From an uncultured Candidatus Poseidoniales archaeon (GTDB taxonomy: Archaea; Thermoplasmatota; Poseidoniia; Poseidoniales; Thalassarchaeaceae): a stretch of DNA of 64,000 nt. Under the pieces are notes generated by a model. The model had not been told where the DNA came from. It ran no database searches and was given only the letters and a program-made list of their open reading frames with translations. Made by a program: the position numbers and the translations under genes. Location: positions 50,647 through 114,646 of the forward strand of contig CACOAW010000004.1 in assembly GCA_902625325.1 (NCBI GenBank), given 5' to 3'. Of the stretch, positions 1 through 9,319 are shown in pieces; the stretch's first letter is position 1, and every line of letters starts with the position of its first letter.

Positions 1-482
1 CAGGCGGGCAGACCCTCACACTCAGTGATGCCATGGGAGAGAACGGTGCCGTGATCTTCTTCACTTGCAATCACTGCCCGTATGTGGTGGGGTCAGAGCC
101 CAGAATAGAGGACGCAGCTAATGTAGCCAGAAGCAAGGGTCTGGGATTTGTCGGAATCAACTCAAATGACCCAGTCAAGTATGAATCGGATTCATGGGAG
201 AACATGGTAAAGAGAGCTAACAAGGGAATGTCATACCCATACCTCCACGACTCAACACAGGAAGTTGCGATTGCCTACAGTGCGGAGAGAACCCCGGAGT
301 TCTACCTTCTAAATAATGAATCAATCGTAGTTTACAGGGGTCGCCTGGACGACTCTCCCAGAGATCCGTCACACGCTACTACTTCCGAACTAGACGACGC
401 GATAAACGAACTTACCTCAGGGCAGAAGGTGTCTGTGTCCAGGACAGAGAGTATCGGTTGCTCAGTAAAGTGGAAGGAATAG
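1..482 (+). CDS. Thioredoxin-fold thiol-disulfide oxidoreductase (redoxin/AhpC-TSA-like), 5'-partial
   Basis: Frame is open from the window start (GGQTLTLSDAMGENGAVIFFTCNHCPYV...). CxxC motif (CNHC) sits in a redoxin-like context. First in-window Met at 33; the gene likely begins upstream of the window. Confidence 0.6.
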   Translation, partial: GGQTLTLSDAMGENGAVIFFTCNHCPYVVGSEPRIEDAANVARSKGLGFVGINSNDPVKYESDSWENMVKRANKGMSYPYLHDSTQEVAIAYSAERTPEFYLLNNESIVVYRGRLDDSPRDPSHATTSELDDAINELTSGQKVSVSRTESIGCSVKWKE

Positions 483-1312
483 GTGCTAATTTGTCAACTG
501 GCATCCCTGCGAGGATATTCTACTCTGTAATGCGACTGGCTCCTTCCAGGGTTAGGATGAGAATGTGGAGAGGTCTATATCAGAGGATGGCAAAATCACA
601 GAAAGACTCCAACTTCCGATTCATGAACTACGGATTTACAGACGGAGATGAACTCGAACTATCGTCCGAGGATGAGGGAGACAGGTTGTTCATCCAACTA
701 TACAACATGAACATAAGGGATGTTGAGATTGAGGGCAACGAAGTCCTCGAAGTAGGGTCTGGAAGGGGAGGAGGAGCGAGTTGGATATCAAGGAAATACA
801 ACCCAAAATACCTACTTGCGGTAGACTATTCAGATGAGGCGATACGACTCTCTCAAGAATGGTTTTCTGGCCAGGATAATTTAGAATTCAGGGTTGGAAA
901 CGCTCAGCAACTTCCTCTACCAGATCAATCCTTTGATATCGTCTACAATGTCGAATCATCCCATTGCTATGCAGATATTCCAGCCTTCATCTCTGAGGTA
1001 TTCAGGGTCCTAAAGCCAGGCGGCAAGTTCTGCTGGACTGATATGAGGGATAAGAAGACCATGGAGAGAATGCACCAGAGTTTCGTCCAGTCAGGATTTA
1101 CCATACAGTCATGGACGGATGTGACTGAAAATGTAGTGGACGCATTGGATATTATCGATGAAGGCCGGAGGGAGATGATACGCCAAAGTGCTCCGCCTTC
1201 TCTCAGGAAAAGCTTCGAGACTTTCGGGGGGGTCCCCGGCACTCCTGTATACGAGGCTCTAAAATCAGGGAGGATTCAGTATTTCAGATATCTTCTTTCC
1301 AAACCTGAATAG
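458..1312 (+). CDS. Class I SAM-dependent methyltransferase
   Basis: Motif I 'VLEVGSGRGGGASW' followed by 'DIVYNVESSHCYADI' and 'VLKPGGKF', typical of a Rossmann-fold MTase. Start is ambiguous (internal Mets at aa 25/34/44); 458 overlaps the upstream gene. Confidence 0.65.
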   Translation: MLSKVEGIGANLSTGIPARIFYSVMRLAPSRVRMRMWRGLYQRMAKSQKDSNFRFMNYGFTDGDELELSSEDEGDRLFIQLYNMNIRDVEIEGNEVLEVGSGRGGGASWISRKYNPKYLLAVDYSDEAIRLSQEWFSGQDNLEFRVGNAQQLPLPDQSFDIVYNVESSHCYADIPAFISEVFRVLKPGGKFCWTDMRDKKTMERMHQSFVQSGFTIQSWTDVTENVVDALDIIDEGRREMIRQSAPPSLRKSFETFGGVPGTPVYEALKSGRIQYFRYLLSKPE

Positions 1313-1326
1313 ACGATATTCTGACT

Positions 1327-1749
1327 CTAATACTGCTCTAGGACGAGTTCGGTCTGAGTTGAACTGATGTCTCCGGGTGCTGCTAACCACATTTTGTCCA
1401 GCATGTCCCTCAGAGCCACGGTATCATCAACGTGAACCACCGCAACTAGATCTGCATCGCCGCTGATTTCGTATACGCACTCCACGCCAGTCCACCCCGA
1501 GAACTCACCAGCCAGAGAACCAATCTCGGTACCCGAACCAACTTTGAGACGAATTAGCGCAGTGAGTCCTATTCCGGACTCTCTAACCGTATATCCTCTG
1601 ATTACCCCCTCATCCTCTAGCCTTTTGATCCTAGTTCGGACAGTCCTCTCTGTGACTCCGACTCCTTTGGCTATCTCTACGTAGGGGGCCCTTGCAGATT
1701 CTCTGAGGAAGGATAGGATTGATCTGTCTAACGAATCAACATTACTCAT
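1327..1749 (-). CDS. lrp: Lrp/AsnC family transcriptional regulator
   Basis: N-terminal HTH 'LDRSILSFLRESARAPYVEIAKGVGVTERTVRTRIKRLEDEGVIRGYT' plus a C-terminal RAM domain; 140 aa. Confidence 0.85.
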   Translation of the reverse strand: MSNVDSLDRSILSFLRESARAPYVEIAKGVGVTERTVRTRIKRLEDEGVIRGYTVRESGIGLTALIRLKVGSGTEIGSLAGEFSGWTGVECVYEISGDADLVAVVHVDDTVALRDMLDKMWLAAPGDISSTQTELVLEQY

Positions 1750-1891
1750 ACTAATCTCCGAAAAACATGCAACTTATGGTTATTTCTTGGTGTTATGGAA
1801 CATTTTTTTTCAGAAAAACACACTTTTCTAGTCATTGTTTAATTAAGTAAAATTGGTTGTATTCAAATGGGACGACCTACTCTGATTTATC
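1750..1891. promoter_or_regulatory. AT-rich divergent intergenic region (lrp to ORF1892) with TATA-like elements
   Basis: Run of T/A-rich sequence ('ttaattaagtaaaatt', 'catttttttttcagaaaaa') between divergently transcribed genes. Confidence 0.25.
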
Positions 1892-2326
1892 ATGAGTAAG
1901 GAGGAAGCAGTCTCCCAACTCAGGATTCAGGAGTATCTTGATGACGTTTCTGAATTGGATATTCCCCATTCAGAATCTCAATGGCACCATATTGACGTGG
2001 CATCCCTGTTGGATGGGACCAAGATCGAGGGTCATGAACTTGACCCAGCTACTGGGTCCTCGCTCATCTTCCTCCCAAGGAGCGCTATGTTGTGCTGCCC
2101 CAAGTCTGGCAGGATCCATCATTACCCTAAGCATCTATTGCACTGCTTCGTAGATGATAACCGTTCCAAATCTAATGATGCAGATGGGGTACTGATTAGA
2201 GCTGAACTATTCTCTATTTCACCTAATGAGGAGCAACTCTGCTGGGAATGCTCGTGCAGGTCAGAGCTGGAAGTACCAGAGATGCAGAGTAAGGTTTCTC
2301 GGTGGCTCAGTTGGCTTAACAGATAG
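1892..2326 (+). CDS. Hypothetical Cys/His-rich protein
   Basis: 144-aa ORF with CCPKSG..HHYPKH..HC and CWECSC clusters; possible metal binding. No recognisable family. Confidence 0.4.
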   Translation: MSKEEAVSQLRIQEYLDDVSELDIPHSESQWHHIDVASLLDGTKIEGHELDPATGSSLIFLPRSAMLCCPKSGRIHHYPKHLLHCFVDDNRSKSNDADGVLIRAELFSISPNEEQLCWECSCRSELEVPEMQSKVSRWLSWLNR

Positions 2327-2373
2327 AGATTCGAATCGCTACCTTGAGAAGTCAGGGTCTTGTGGGCTAGTCA

Positions 2374-3618
2374 ATGGGTGCCGCTATCAGCGACATCTTC
2401 GCTAGGGTCATCATCGACTCAAGAGGGAATCCAACCGTTGAGGTCGACTGTTATGTCGATGGTGTACTGAAGGGAAGGGCAGCGGTTCCTTCAGGAGCAA
2501 GCACTGGAACACACGAAGCAGTAGAATTGAGAGATGGCGGGACTCAGTGGATGGGCAAGGGGGTTCAAGATGCGGTTGACAATGTCAACGGTCCAATCAG
2601 AGAGGCACTGATCGGAATGAACCCTTCTGAACAGGAGAGAATTGACTCTGTCCTGATAAAATTGGACGGCTCTGAGAACAAAGGCTCCTTGGGGGCCAAT
2701 GCCATATTGGGAGCCTCACTGGCATGCCTGAGAGCTTCCTCAGAAGGAGAACTTTGGAAGCGTATATGTCACGGAGACGATACCAGTCTTCCAGTTCCGA
2801 TGATGAATATTCTGAACGGCGGAGCACACGCCGAATCGAATGTCGATGTCCAGGAATTCATGGTCGTCCCTCACGGTTTCCAGTCCTTTTCGGAGGCTCT
2901 AAGAGCCGGTGTCGAGATTTACCATTCCCTCAAGACCACGTTAAAGCAAGAGGGACTGCTTGGTGGAGTGGGGGACGAAGGTGGCTTCGCCCCGAATCTT
3001 TCTAGGAACGAAGAAGGACTACGTTTGGTCAGAGATGCAATAGAGGTAGCAGGATACGCTCCAGGGAAAGAGGTCTCCATAGCCTTAGACGTAGCAGCTC
3101 AGGAATTCTTCGATGGCTCAAACTACCTAATTGATGGAGAACTAGTATCTGGAATAAACCTCGGTAGAAAATACTCCGATTGGTTGGATGAGTATCCAAT
3201 CGTGTCAATCGAGGATCCATTCGGAGAGGACGATTGGGACTCTTGGAAGGAATTCACCTCCAGAGAAGGACACAGGGTACAGATAGTCGGTGATGACCTG
3301 TATGTGACTAATCCTAAGAGGCTCGAGAAAGGAATCTCTATCCAAGCCTCAAATGCTATACTAATCAAGTTGAATCAGATTGGGACCTTCACTGAGACTA
3401 TGGAAGTGATTCGTAAGTCAAGAGCGGCTGGTTTTGGGACTATAATCAGTCATAGGTCAGGAGAGACTTCTGACGACATAATTTCCGATTTGGCCGTCGG
3501 CACAAACTCAATGCAGATCAAGACCGGGGCGCCGGCTAGGTCAGACAGGACATCGAAGTACAACCAACTGATACGAATATCAGAGGAGGTTGGGAACTAC
3601 TCTCAACTATTCCAATGA
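2374..3618 (+). CDS. eno: Enolase (phosphopyruvate hydratase)
   Basis: 'IIDSRGNPTVEVD', 'SGASTGTHEAVELRDG', 'SHRSGETSDDIISDLAVG', 414 aa; canonical enolase motifs. Confidence 0.95.
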   Translation: MGAAISDIFARVIIDSRGNPTVEVDCYVDGVLKGRAAVPSGASTGTHEAVELRDGGTQWMGKGVQDAVDNVNGPIREALIGMNPSEQERIDSVLIKLDGSENKGSLGANAILGASLACLRASSEGELWKRICHGDDTSLPVPMMNILNGGAHAESNVDVQEFMVVPHGFQSFSEALRAGVEIYHSLKTTLKQEGLLGGVGDEGGFAPNLSRNEEGLRLVRDAIEVAGYAPGKEVSIALDVAAQEFFDGSNYLIDGELVSGINLGRKYSDWLDEYPIVSIEDPFGEDDWDSWKEFTSREGHRVQIVGDDLYVTNPKRLEKGISIQASNAILIKLNQIGTFTETMEVIRKSRAAGFGTIISHRSGETSDDIISDLAVGTNSMQIKTGAPARSDRTSKYNQLIRISEEVGNYSQLFQ

Positions 3619-4551
3619 GCAAAGTATCAGGGGGAGTACGATGCTTGCATCTGACTCGATTACGAACTGAGGAGTTTCGACTCCCAACTTACCCCAGCTA
3701 ATCTTCTCAGTTGGGGGAGCCCCAGAATAACCACCGTATGAAGGACTAGACTCCGAGATTTGAGCAAACCATGCCCAAAGTGGAACATCCACGCCAGCGT
3801 CCTGCCTAAGCATAGGTACGACTGAGATTGCGAAATCCCCTGAAATTCCACCTCCAACTTGTAGCATACCCGTGGGAGAGTCGTCCTCTCGATACCAATC
3901 CGCAAGAGATTGCATAGCGTCTAATCCGCCTCTCACAATCGCGTTGCTCTTGAGCGTACAGTCTATGACCTTAGCAGAAAGCAGGTTCCCGAGTGTTGAG
4001 TCCTCCCAGCCAGGGGTGAAAATAGGAAGATTGGCATCGGCAGCCGCTACTAACCACGAATCCTCTGGTGCCGAGGAGACCTTGAGATCTCCGTGAAGCA
4101 GGAGGTCGTATACGTATTCATGTGGGAAGCGACTGTCCCCCACAGCCTCGGATTCCTCCCACAGTGAGATCAATGATTCCCCCACTTTGGTGAACGTACT
4201 TTCAGGGATTGCTACGTCAGTAACACGATTCATTCCTCTTTGGTGAAGCTCAGCATCCTCTTCCTTGCTCTGATGCCTCCAATTTGGAACATGCTCGTAT
4301 TCAGATCTAGAGAAGAGGCCGAATAACTCCTCTTCCAGATTCGCTCCGGTGCAGCAAATTGCATGCACTCTCTGAGATCTGATTGCGGGGGCTAGGCTCT
4401 TTCCGATTTCTGCAGTGGACATAGCTCCTGCCAGAGAAATCATCAGTCTCCCTCCTCCATCTAGGAACTCCCTAAGGGAACCTATGCATCTCGCCAGTTC
4501 ACCGGCATTGAAGTGAGAATAGTTGGTTTCTATGAAGTCCCTAATTCTCAT
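3607..4551 (-). CDS. dys: Deoxyhypusine synthase
   Basis: 314 aa. 'ISLAGAMSTAEIG', 'VHAICCTGANLEEE' and 'GGGISGDF' are DHS-family signatures. Confidence 0.8.
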   Translation of the reverse strand: MRIRDFIETNYSHFNAGELARCIGSLREFLDGGGRLMISLAGAMSTAEIGKSLAPAIRSQRVHAICCTGANLEEELFGLFSRSEYEHVPNWRHQSKEEDAELHQRGMNRVTDVAIPESTFTKVGESLISLWEESEAVGDSRFPHEYVYDLLLHGDLKVSSAPEDSWLVAAADANLPIFTPGWEDSTLGNLLSAKVIDCTLKSNAIVRGGLDAMQSLADWYREDDSPTGMLQVGGGISGDFAISVVPMLRQDAGVDVPLWAWFAQISESSPSYGGYSGAPPTEKISWGKLGVETPQFVIESDASIVLPLILCSLE

Positions 4552-4953
4552 CTAATCACTCCTGAATCTTTCGACTCTCTTCTCAAAAACTCTCCTCAAG
4601 CCGGGAATCTCGGATACCAGCGCGTCATTGATCATGGCTGCTACCTCAGAGGGGTCGCTATCTCCACAAGTGAAGACGTCGACGGCTAGAATTCCCCTCT
4701 CTGAGTAGCAATGTGCCGTTACATGGCTCTCATCGATAAGAACTACAGCAGCAAAACCAGGGGGGCTATCTCCTCCATCGAATATTTCTACGTGTGAATG
4801 GACCTCCCTCACTCCTGACTCCCTTACGCACTCCCTTAGAACCGATAGTACCCACTCTCCGTCTCCAGTTTCCCCCCTCTTGTAGTTGACATAGTCTAGA
4901 AGGACATGGGAACCTGCAGATTTGATATCGTCCACAGTCTCGAGCCAAGTCAC
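4552..4953 (-). CDS. speH: S-adenosylmethionine decarboxylase proenzyme (pyruvoyl-dependent, SpeH type)
   Basis: 'VLIDESHVTAHCYSERGILAVDVFTCG' (ES self-processing site region); 133 aa. Abuts dys with no gap. Confidence 0.8.
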   Translation of the reverse strand: MTWLETVDDIKSAGSHVLLDYVNYKRGETGDGEWVLSVLRECVRESGVREVHSHVEIFDGGDSPPGFAAVVLIDESHVTAHCYSERGILAVDVFTCGDSDPSEVAAMINDALVSEIPGLRRVFEKRVERFRSD

Positions 4954-4966
4954 CGAGATTTCAAAC

Positions 4967-6103
4967 TCACTCTTGCAATAGCCAGGACTTGAGCCTCCTC
5001 AAACCCTCCATAATGTCATCTTCATCAGCAGCATATGAGATTCTGACGAAACCCTCGCCTCCTGTAATTAGAGACGCCGGGATTAGTTGAACTCCTGCTT
5101 CTAATGCCCCATCTGCGAATTCGATATCGGTCATCCCAGTCCCTGTTACGTCTGCGAATACGTAGAAAGCACCCTCTGGTTCCGGGACCCTTATTCCTGG
5201 GATAGAAGACAGCCCTTCCGTCATCAGCTTCCTTCTCTTCCTGTACTCACTGTTGAACTCCTGTACCGAGTCCTCGCATTCCAGTGCTACCTTGGCTGCA
5301 TCCATCATGAATGTCGGGATATGGGATGCTGAGTTGGCCTGGCTCTTCACCGCTGCTTTCATCGCCTCGCTCGGACCCGTGAGAAAACCTGCTCTCATCC
5401 CGGTCATAGCCCAAGACTTTGACCAACCATTGACCACAATGGTCCTCTCCTTCCCTCCGGGAATTGTCGATGGAGAAACGTGAGGCCAATCGACCCAAAC
5501 CATTCGCGCGTAAATCTCGTCAGAAACTATCCACAAGTCATTCTCAACCGCTATATCCACGATCTCCCTGATTTCCTCAGGAGTGAATACGGCTCCAGTT
5601 GGATTGCATGGAGAATTTATGAGGATCATTTTTGTCTTCTCAGTTACGGCTTCTCTAATTGCCTCCAAATCAGGGTGAAAGCTATCCATTTTCACATTCA
5701 CATGCACGGGCACCGCTCCGATGAATTCCAGCATCGGCTCGTATGATGCCCATGATGGGGAAAGGAGAATAGCTTCGTCTCCTGGCATAGTTGTAATCAA
5801 GAATGAGTACAGAAGGGCCTGCTTCGCCCCAGGAGTCACTACGATATCATCCGCCCTTGCCTCGATGTCATGGTGGATTCTGAGGTATTCGGAAACGGCA
5901 TTGCATAGTTCTAGTGAACCCGGTCCTCTGGTGTACTTCGTCTTCCCTTCTTCGAGACCCCTAATCGCAGCATCGACGATAGGGGATGGTGTTTCGAAAC
6001 CGGGTTCGCCGACGGTCCATCTGACGACCTCGGGCCCCGGAGGCTGGAGATAAGGGGCGAAACCGACACCGAGGCCCTCGAAGCGGGAAGACACATGAGG
6101 CAT
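4967..6103 (-). CDS. PLP-dependent aminotransferase, class I/II (AspC-like)
   Basis: 'SPCNPTGAV', 'NGWSKSWAMTGMRAGF' (Lys in SKS), 'LLSPSWASYEP'. The track ORF extends to 6160 with a TTG start; ATG at 6103 (MPHVSS...) is more plausible. Confidence 0.85.
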   Translation of the reverse strand: MPHVSSRFEGLGVGFAPYLQPPGPEVVRWTVGEPGFETPSPIVDAAIRGLEEGKTKYTRGPGSLELCNAVSEYLRIHHDIEARADDIVVTPGAKQALLYSFLITTMPGDEAILLSPSWASYEPMLEFIGAVPVHVNVKMDSFHPDLEAIREAVTEKTKMILINSPCNPTGAVFTPEEIREIVDIAVENDLWIVSDEIYARMVWVDWPHVSPSTIPGGKERTIVVNGWSKSWAMTGMRAGFLTGPSEAMKAAVKSQANSASHIPTFMMDAAKVALECEDSVQEFNSEYRKRRKLMTEGLSSIPGIRVPEPEGAFYVFADVTGTGMTDIEFADGALEAGVQLIPASLITGGEGFVRISYAADEDDIMEGLRRLKSWLLQE

Positions 6104-6187
6104 GCCTTTCACACCGGCACCCACCCAATGAAGGTATGCCGAAACCCGGACAGCCTTCAAGAAAGAAAGTACGGTCGGCGGGATGAA

Positions 6188-6261
6188 GCACGAGTGGCAG
6201 AGCAGCTATGCAATGGACTGCAGATCCATGGACCCGGGTGCAAATCCCGGCTCGTGCTCCA
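6188..6261 (+). tRNA. tRNA-Cys (anticodon GCA) candidate, encoded CCA
   Basis: 7/7 Watson-Crick acceptor stem (GCACGAG/CTCGTGC), U8. Anticodon arm ATGGA-CTGCAGA-TCCAT with C32 U33 GCA R37. T arm CCGGG-TGCAAAT-CCCGG. Discriminator T plus CCA. Fills the 106-nt intergenic gap exactly. D arm is weak (3 bp, no GG) and T-loop position 55 is G. Confidence 0.5.
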
Positions 6262-6266
6262 CCTAA

Positions 6267-7298
6267 TCACAGACCTGATATCTGTACTATCATGAACGCT
6301 GCCGATATCACTATTGCAACCATCACGAAGAAACGATCGAAGCCCCCCGAATCCAGCGGCTCACCCTGGAAGGTCATACCATCCTCGATGCCCTCGTCTC
6401 TGAGCCTTAGGTAGACCAGGAGGAAAATGAGCATGGTCGCCGGTCCCGAAATCGCATCCATCTCATTCTGCTCTGAGAACACTCTAGTTGGACCAAAGAC
6501 GAAACCGAAGTAGTTGGCTATCGTCACGGTAAGGAAAGCGAAGAGTGCAGGGTGCGCTACTGCCCACATCCCTCTAGCCCCTTGGGTCAGGAGAACAACT
6601 GCCCACAATACGTAAGTCAGTAGAAGAGCCCCAGTGAAGGCCACAGTAACTTTCGAGGGGGGTAATAATCCATCTCTGTAGTACATCCCAGCCAATGCGG
6701 GATTTTCCGTAGTGGCAGCGTCAATTACGGATTCCGGGTCAGCTATCTGCCTGAACACGTAAAAGATCCCCGTGGCGATGACTACGACCAGTCCCATCAG
6801 AGCCACTGGGTCCTTTATGCCGATACCGAACGAGAGCGAGTCCAAGCCCTCGTCAACCTCGTCCTCCGAACGGAGCATCATGTACGCGCCGGCATAAGCC
6901 AAGGCCACGATGGGAGTGAGGAATTTGGGGGCCTCGCTAGACTCGCTAGCATCGTTCCAGAACATCCAGATCACCGCGCTAGCTACGACTAGTCCAGCGA
7001 GAACGGGGAGCATCACCTTCCACATGCCACGCGCACCCTCATTGAGAATCAGCATGGTCGACATGAAAATCCCGAACATTAGGATGCCGTTGAATGCGAA
7101 CTCTGGTGCGCCAGCACCGTACGCTGGATCGCTGAAGGGAGCACCATTGTCAAGCAAGGTGAAGCAATCTTCTCCTGCAGTAGTGTAACACGTCGAGAAG
7201 AACATGAAGTTCAACGAGTAAACCAGTGTTACCAGGGCAGTCAGAAGAAGCAGCGCTTCTCCGGGCGTCGATTTTATTCTAGCAAAGACTAGGGCCAT
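6267..7298 (-). CDS. Hypothetical polytopic membrane protein
   Basis: 343 aa with about 9 hydrophobic segments; no recognisable motif. Confidence 0.5.
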   Translation of the reverse strand: MALVFARIKSTPGEALLLLTALVTLVYSLNFMFFSTCYTTAGEDCFTLLDNGAPFSDPAYGAGAPEFAFNGILMFGIFMSTMLILNEGARGMWKVMLPVLAGLVVASAVIWMFWNDASESSEAPKFLTPIVALAYAGAYMMLRSEDEVDEGLDSLSFGIGIKDPVALMGLVVVIATGIFYVFRQIADPESVIDAATTENPALAGMYYRDGLLPPSKVTVAFTGALLLTYVLWAVVLLTQGARGMWAVAHPALFAFLTVTIANYFGFVFGPTRVFSEQNEMDAISGPATMLIFLLVYLRLRDEGIEDGMTFQGEPLDSGGFDRFFVMVAIVISAAFMIVQISGL

Positions 7299-7342
7299 AA
7301 ATCACAGGCTTACCATCAGAATATAACCTGTTAGTACATTTT

Positions 7343-8296
7343 CTATGGGGAGAATGGTAGATTCTCAGGGTCTACGTTTCCACCACAAAGAATAATTCCA
7401 ATAGATCCGATTCCTTGCTTTTCTCTGAACTCATCCTTCAGTACTGCTGCCAGAGATATGGCTCCACTAGGTTCCACGACCATCCCGAACTCTTCGTGAA
7501 TCAGAGACATTGCGTCTAGTACAGCATTGTCATTGACTGTGACAATTTCTTCAACGTGACTCTTGATTATTGGCCACGTCTTCTCACCCATGCTGGTCAA
7601 CAGACCGTCACAGATAGTATCGGGACCTGTCTGGGGCACATACTCCCCGGTCTCCAAAGACCTAGCAGCATCGTCAGCCCCTTCTGGCTCTGCTCCGAAA
7701 ATACGGGCTTCCGGAAGTAGAGCTCTAGTGGAAATGCATGTCCCAGACATCAGGCCACCTCCGCCTATAGGGGACAAGATGGCGTCGAGGGTCTCACAAT
7801 CCTCAATCATCTCCTTCGCTACAGTTCCCTGTCCGGCTATGACGCTGAGGTTGTCAAAAGGATGGATGAAAGTTGCACCGGTCCTTTCAAGAACCGAATT
7901 CGCAGTAGAAATTCTCGCATCCAGGTTCGGCTCGCAGAGGATCACCTCTGCACCATGGCTAATGACGCCGTTGATCTTAACCTTTGGAGCGTTATTAGGC
8001 ATCACGATGTAAGCAGGAACCCCCCTCTGCTTTGCAGCCAAAGCGACTGCCTGTCCATGGTTCCCGCTGCTGTGGGTGCAAAGGCCGGCTTCAGCGTCGT
8101 CCCCGAGAACTCTTACTGCATTCGAAGCCCCTCTGAATTTGAAAGCCTTGACGTGTTGGGCATTCTCACACTTCATGAAAACCTTCCTTCCAGCGACTTC
8201 GTCTATTTTCGCGGAATTTACAACTGGAGTCCTCAGGATGACTCCTTCAAGCGCTTTGGCGGCTTCGATGATATCGGAGAACGCAACGTCTTCCAT
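7343..8296 (-). CDS. PLP-dependent threonine/serine dehydratase (fold type II, TdcB/IlvA catalytic-domain type)
   Basis: 'FKFRGASNA' (Lys-PLP), 'HSSGNHGQAVA', 'GGGGLMSG' glycine loop; 317 aa, no ACT domains. Confidence 0.8.
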   Translation of the reverse strand: MEDVAFSDIIEAAKALEGVILRTPVVNSAKIDEVAGRKVFMKCENAQHVKAFKFRGASNAVRVLGDDAEAGLCTHSSGNHGQAVALAAKQRGVPAYIVMPNNAPKVKINGVISHGAEVILCEPNLDARISTANSVLERTGATFIHPFDNLSVIAGQGTVAKEMIEDCETLDAILSPIGGGGLMSGTCISTRALLPEARIFGAEPEGADDAARSLETGEYVPQTGPDTICDGLLTSMGEKTWPIIKSHVEEIVTVNDNAVLDAMSLIHEEFGMVVEPSGAISLAAVLKDEFREKQGIGSIGIILCGGNVDPENLPFSP

Positions 8297-8358
8297 GTCT
8301 TATCAGCCTTCGCAGATGAGAGCAATACATCATTACTGCGGCTCGACCTGCTCATTAC

Positions 8359-8772
8359 ATGGTAAGCCAAAGCGAGCCGCAGTGGAAACCGCATGCAGTC
8401 GCAGCCGGGCTGTTGATTCTCGATGCCCTAGTGATCGGCGTCGCACCAGGCGGACCTTGGGATGACTCAAGTTTTTCCAGAGGGTTAATCGGTCTTGTAG
8501 GGGCATGCTTAGCCTATGTGGCTTGGTATCGTCGAACATTCAATAGAAAGGGACTAGTCCCTTGGATTGATCTTTGGGAGAAACCAGAGGAGTCCGCCAG
8601 ACTAGTTCTATATGCTTCCATAGGATTTCTAACAATTTCATGGATAGCCGGAAATCCAATGCAACCTCACCTTCCTGAGCCGACCGGGCTCGTCTTGCTT
8701 CTAGTTGGACTCCTCCTGGGCCTCCAGGCAGTATACGTGTATCTCGTCATCGGCCCTCTGAAGGAGGAGTGA
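8359..8772 (+). CDS. Small hypothetical membrane protein
   Basis: 137 aa with 4 predicted TM helices; codon use is plausible; no family. Confidence 0.35.
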   Translation: MVSQSEPQWKPHAVAAGLLILDALVIGVAPGGPWDDSSFSRGLIGLVGACLAYVAWYRRTFNRKGLVPWIDLWEKPEESARLVLYASIGFLTISWIAGNPMQPHLPEPTGLVLLLVGLLLGLQAVYVYLVIGPLKEE

Positions 8773-8773
8773 A

Positions 8774-9319
8774 CTATCTCTTCCCGGGTTTCCAGAACTG
8801 CAGAGGTAGCGGGGTGTCTCCTTTCATAGCCCTGAATGCTAGATGATCAGCTCGCTCATTCCACCTATGACCGGTGTGAGCAGACACATGCTCCCCTCTC
8901 AGAATAATCAAGTCAGATACTTCCCTCCATAGAGAACTTACTCTCCTTGCTAATTCTTGATTTGCCTTCGCCCTCCAAGTCCCCGAGGCTATGTTCAACG
9001 CATAAGTCGAATCACTCCTTACTATTGCTGCCTCTACCTCCTTCTCCCGAATAACCCACCTCAGAGCATGGGCGATCGCCGATAGCTCGGCGGTATTGTT
9101 GGAGCCCACTTCGGCGCCCAAAAAACCCCCGTCCTCTGGATCTGTGACGACATTTCCGAATGATTCCGTCAAAAGAGTCCCCTTACCGTTTCCAGACCCG
9201 TTATCCTCTGATATTACGCAGAACCCCCATCCAGCCTTGGTATCTGATGTAACATTACGATTCTCTCCGCATGAACCGTCAACGTAGATGTGAACCGGCC
9301 GAGTAGACCCCATGGTCAC
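8774..9319 (-). CDS. rnhA: Ribonuclease HI
   Basis: 'YVDGSC', 'NNTAELSAIAHAL', 'RSDSTYA', 'HTGHRWNERADHLA'; RNase H1 catalytic residues D/E/D/D are present. Confidence 0.85.
   Translation of the reverse strand: MTMGSTRPVHIYVDGSCGENRNVTSDTKAGWGFCVISEDNGSGNGKGTLLTESFGNVVTDPEDGGFLGAEVGSNNTAELSAIAHALRWVIREKEVEAAIVRSDSTYALNIASGTWRAKANQELARRVSSLWREVSDLIILRGEHVSAHTGHRWNERADHLAFRAMKGDTPLPLQFWKPGKR

Noticed and set aside
1840-2345. T-loop-like heptamers 'ttcaaat' (about 1862) and 'ttcgaat' (about 2336)
   Set aside because: No complementary acceptor or T stems flank them; chance occurrences in AT-rich spacers.
2597-3368. Several 60-95 aa ORFs on both strands inside the enolase gene (e.g. 2724-3005 +, Arg-rich)
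   Set aside because: They lie wholly within a high-confidence conserved gene in alternative frames, with low-complexity composition; spurious.
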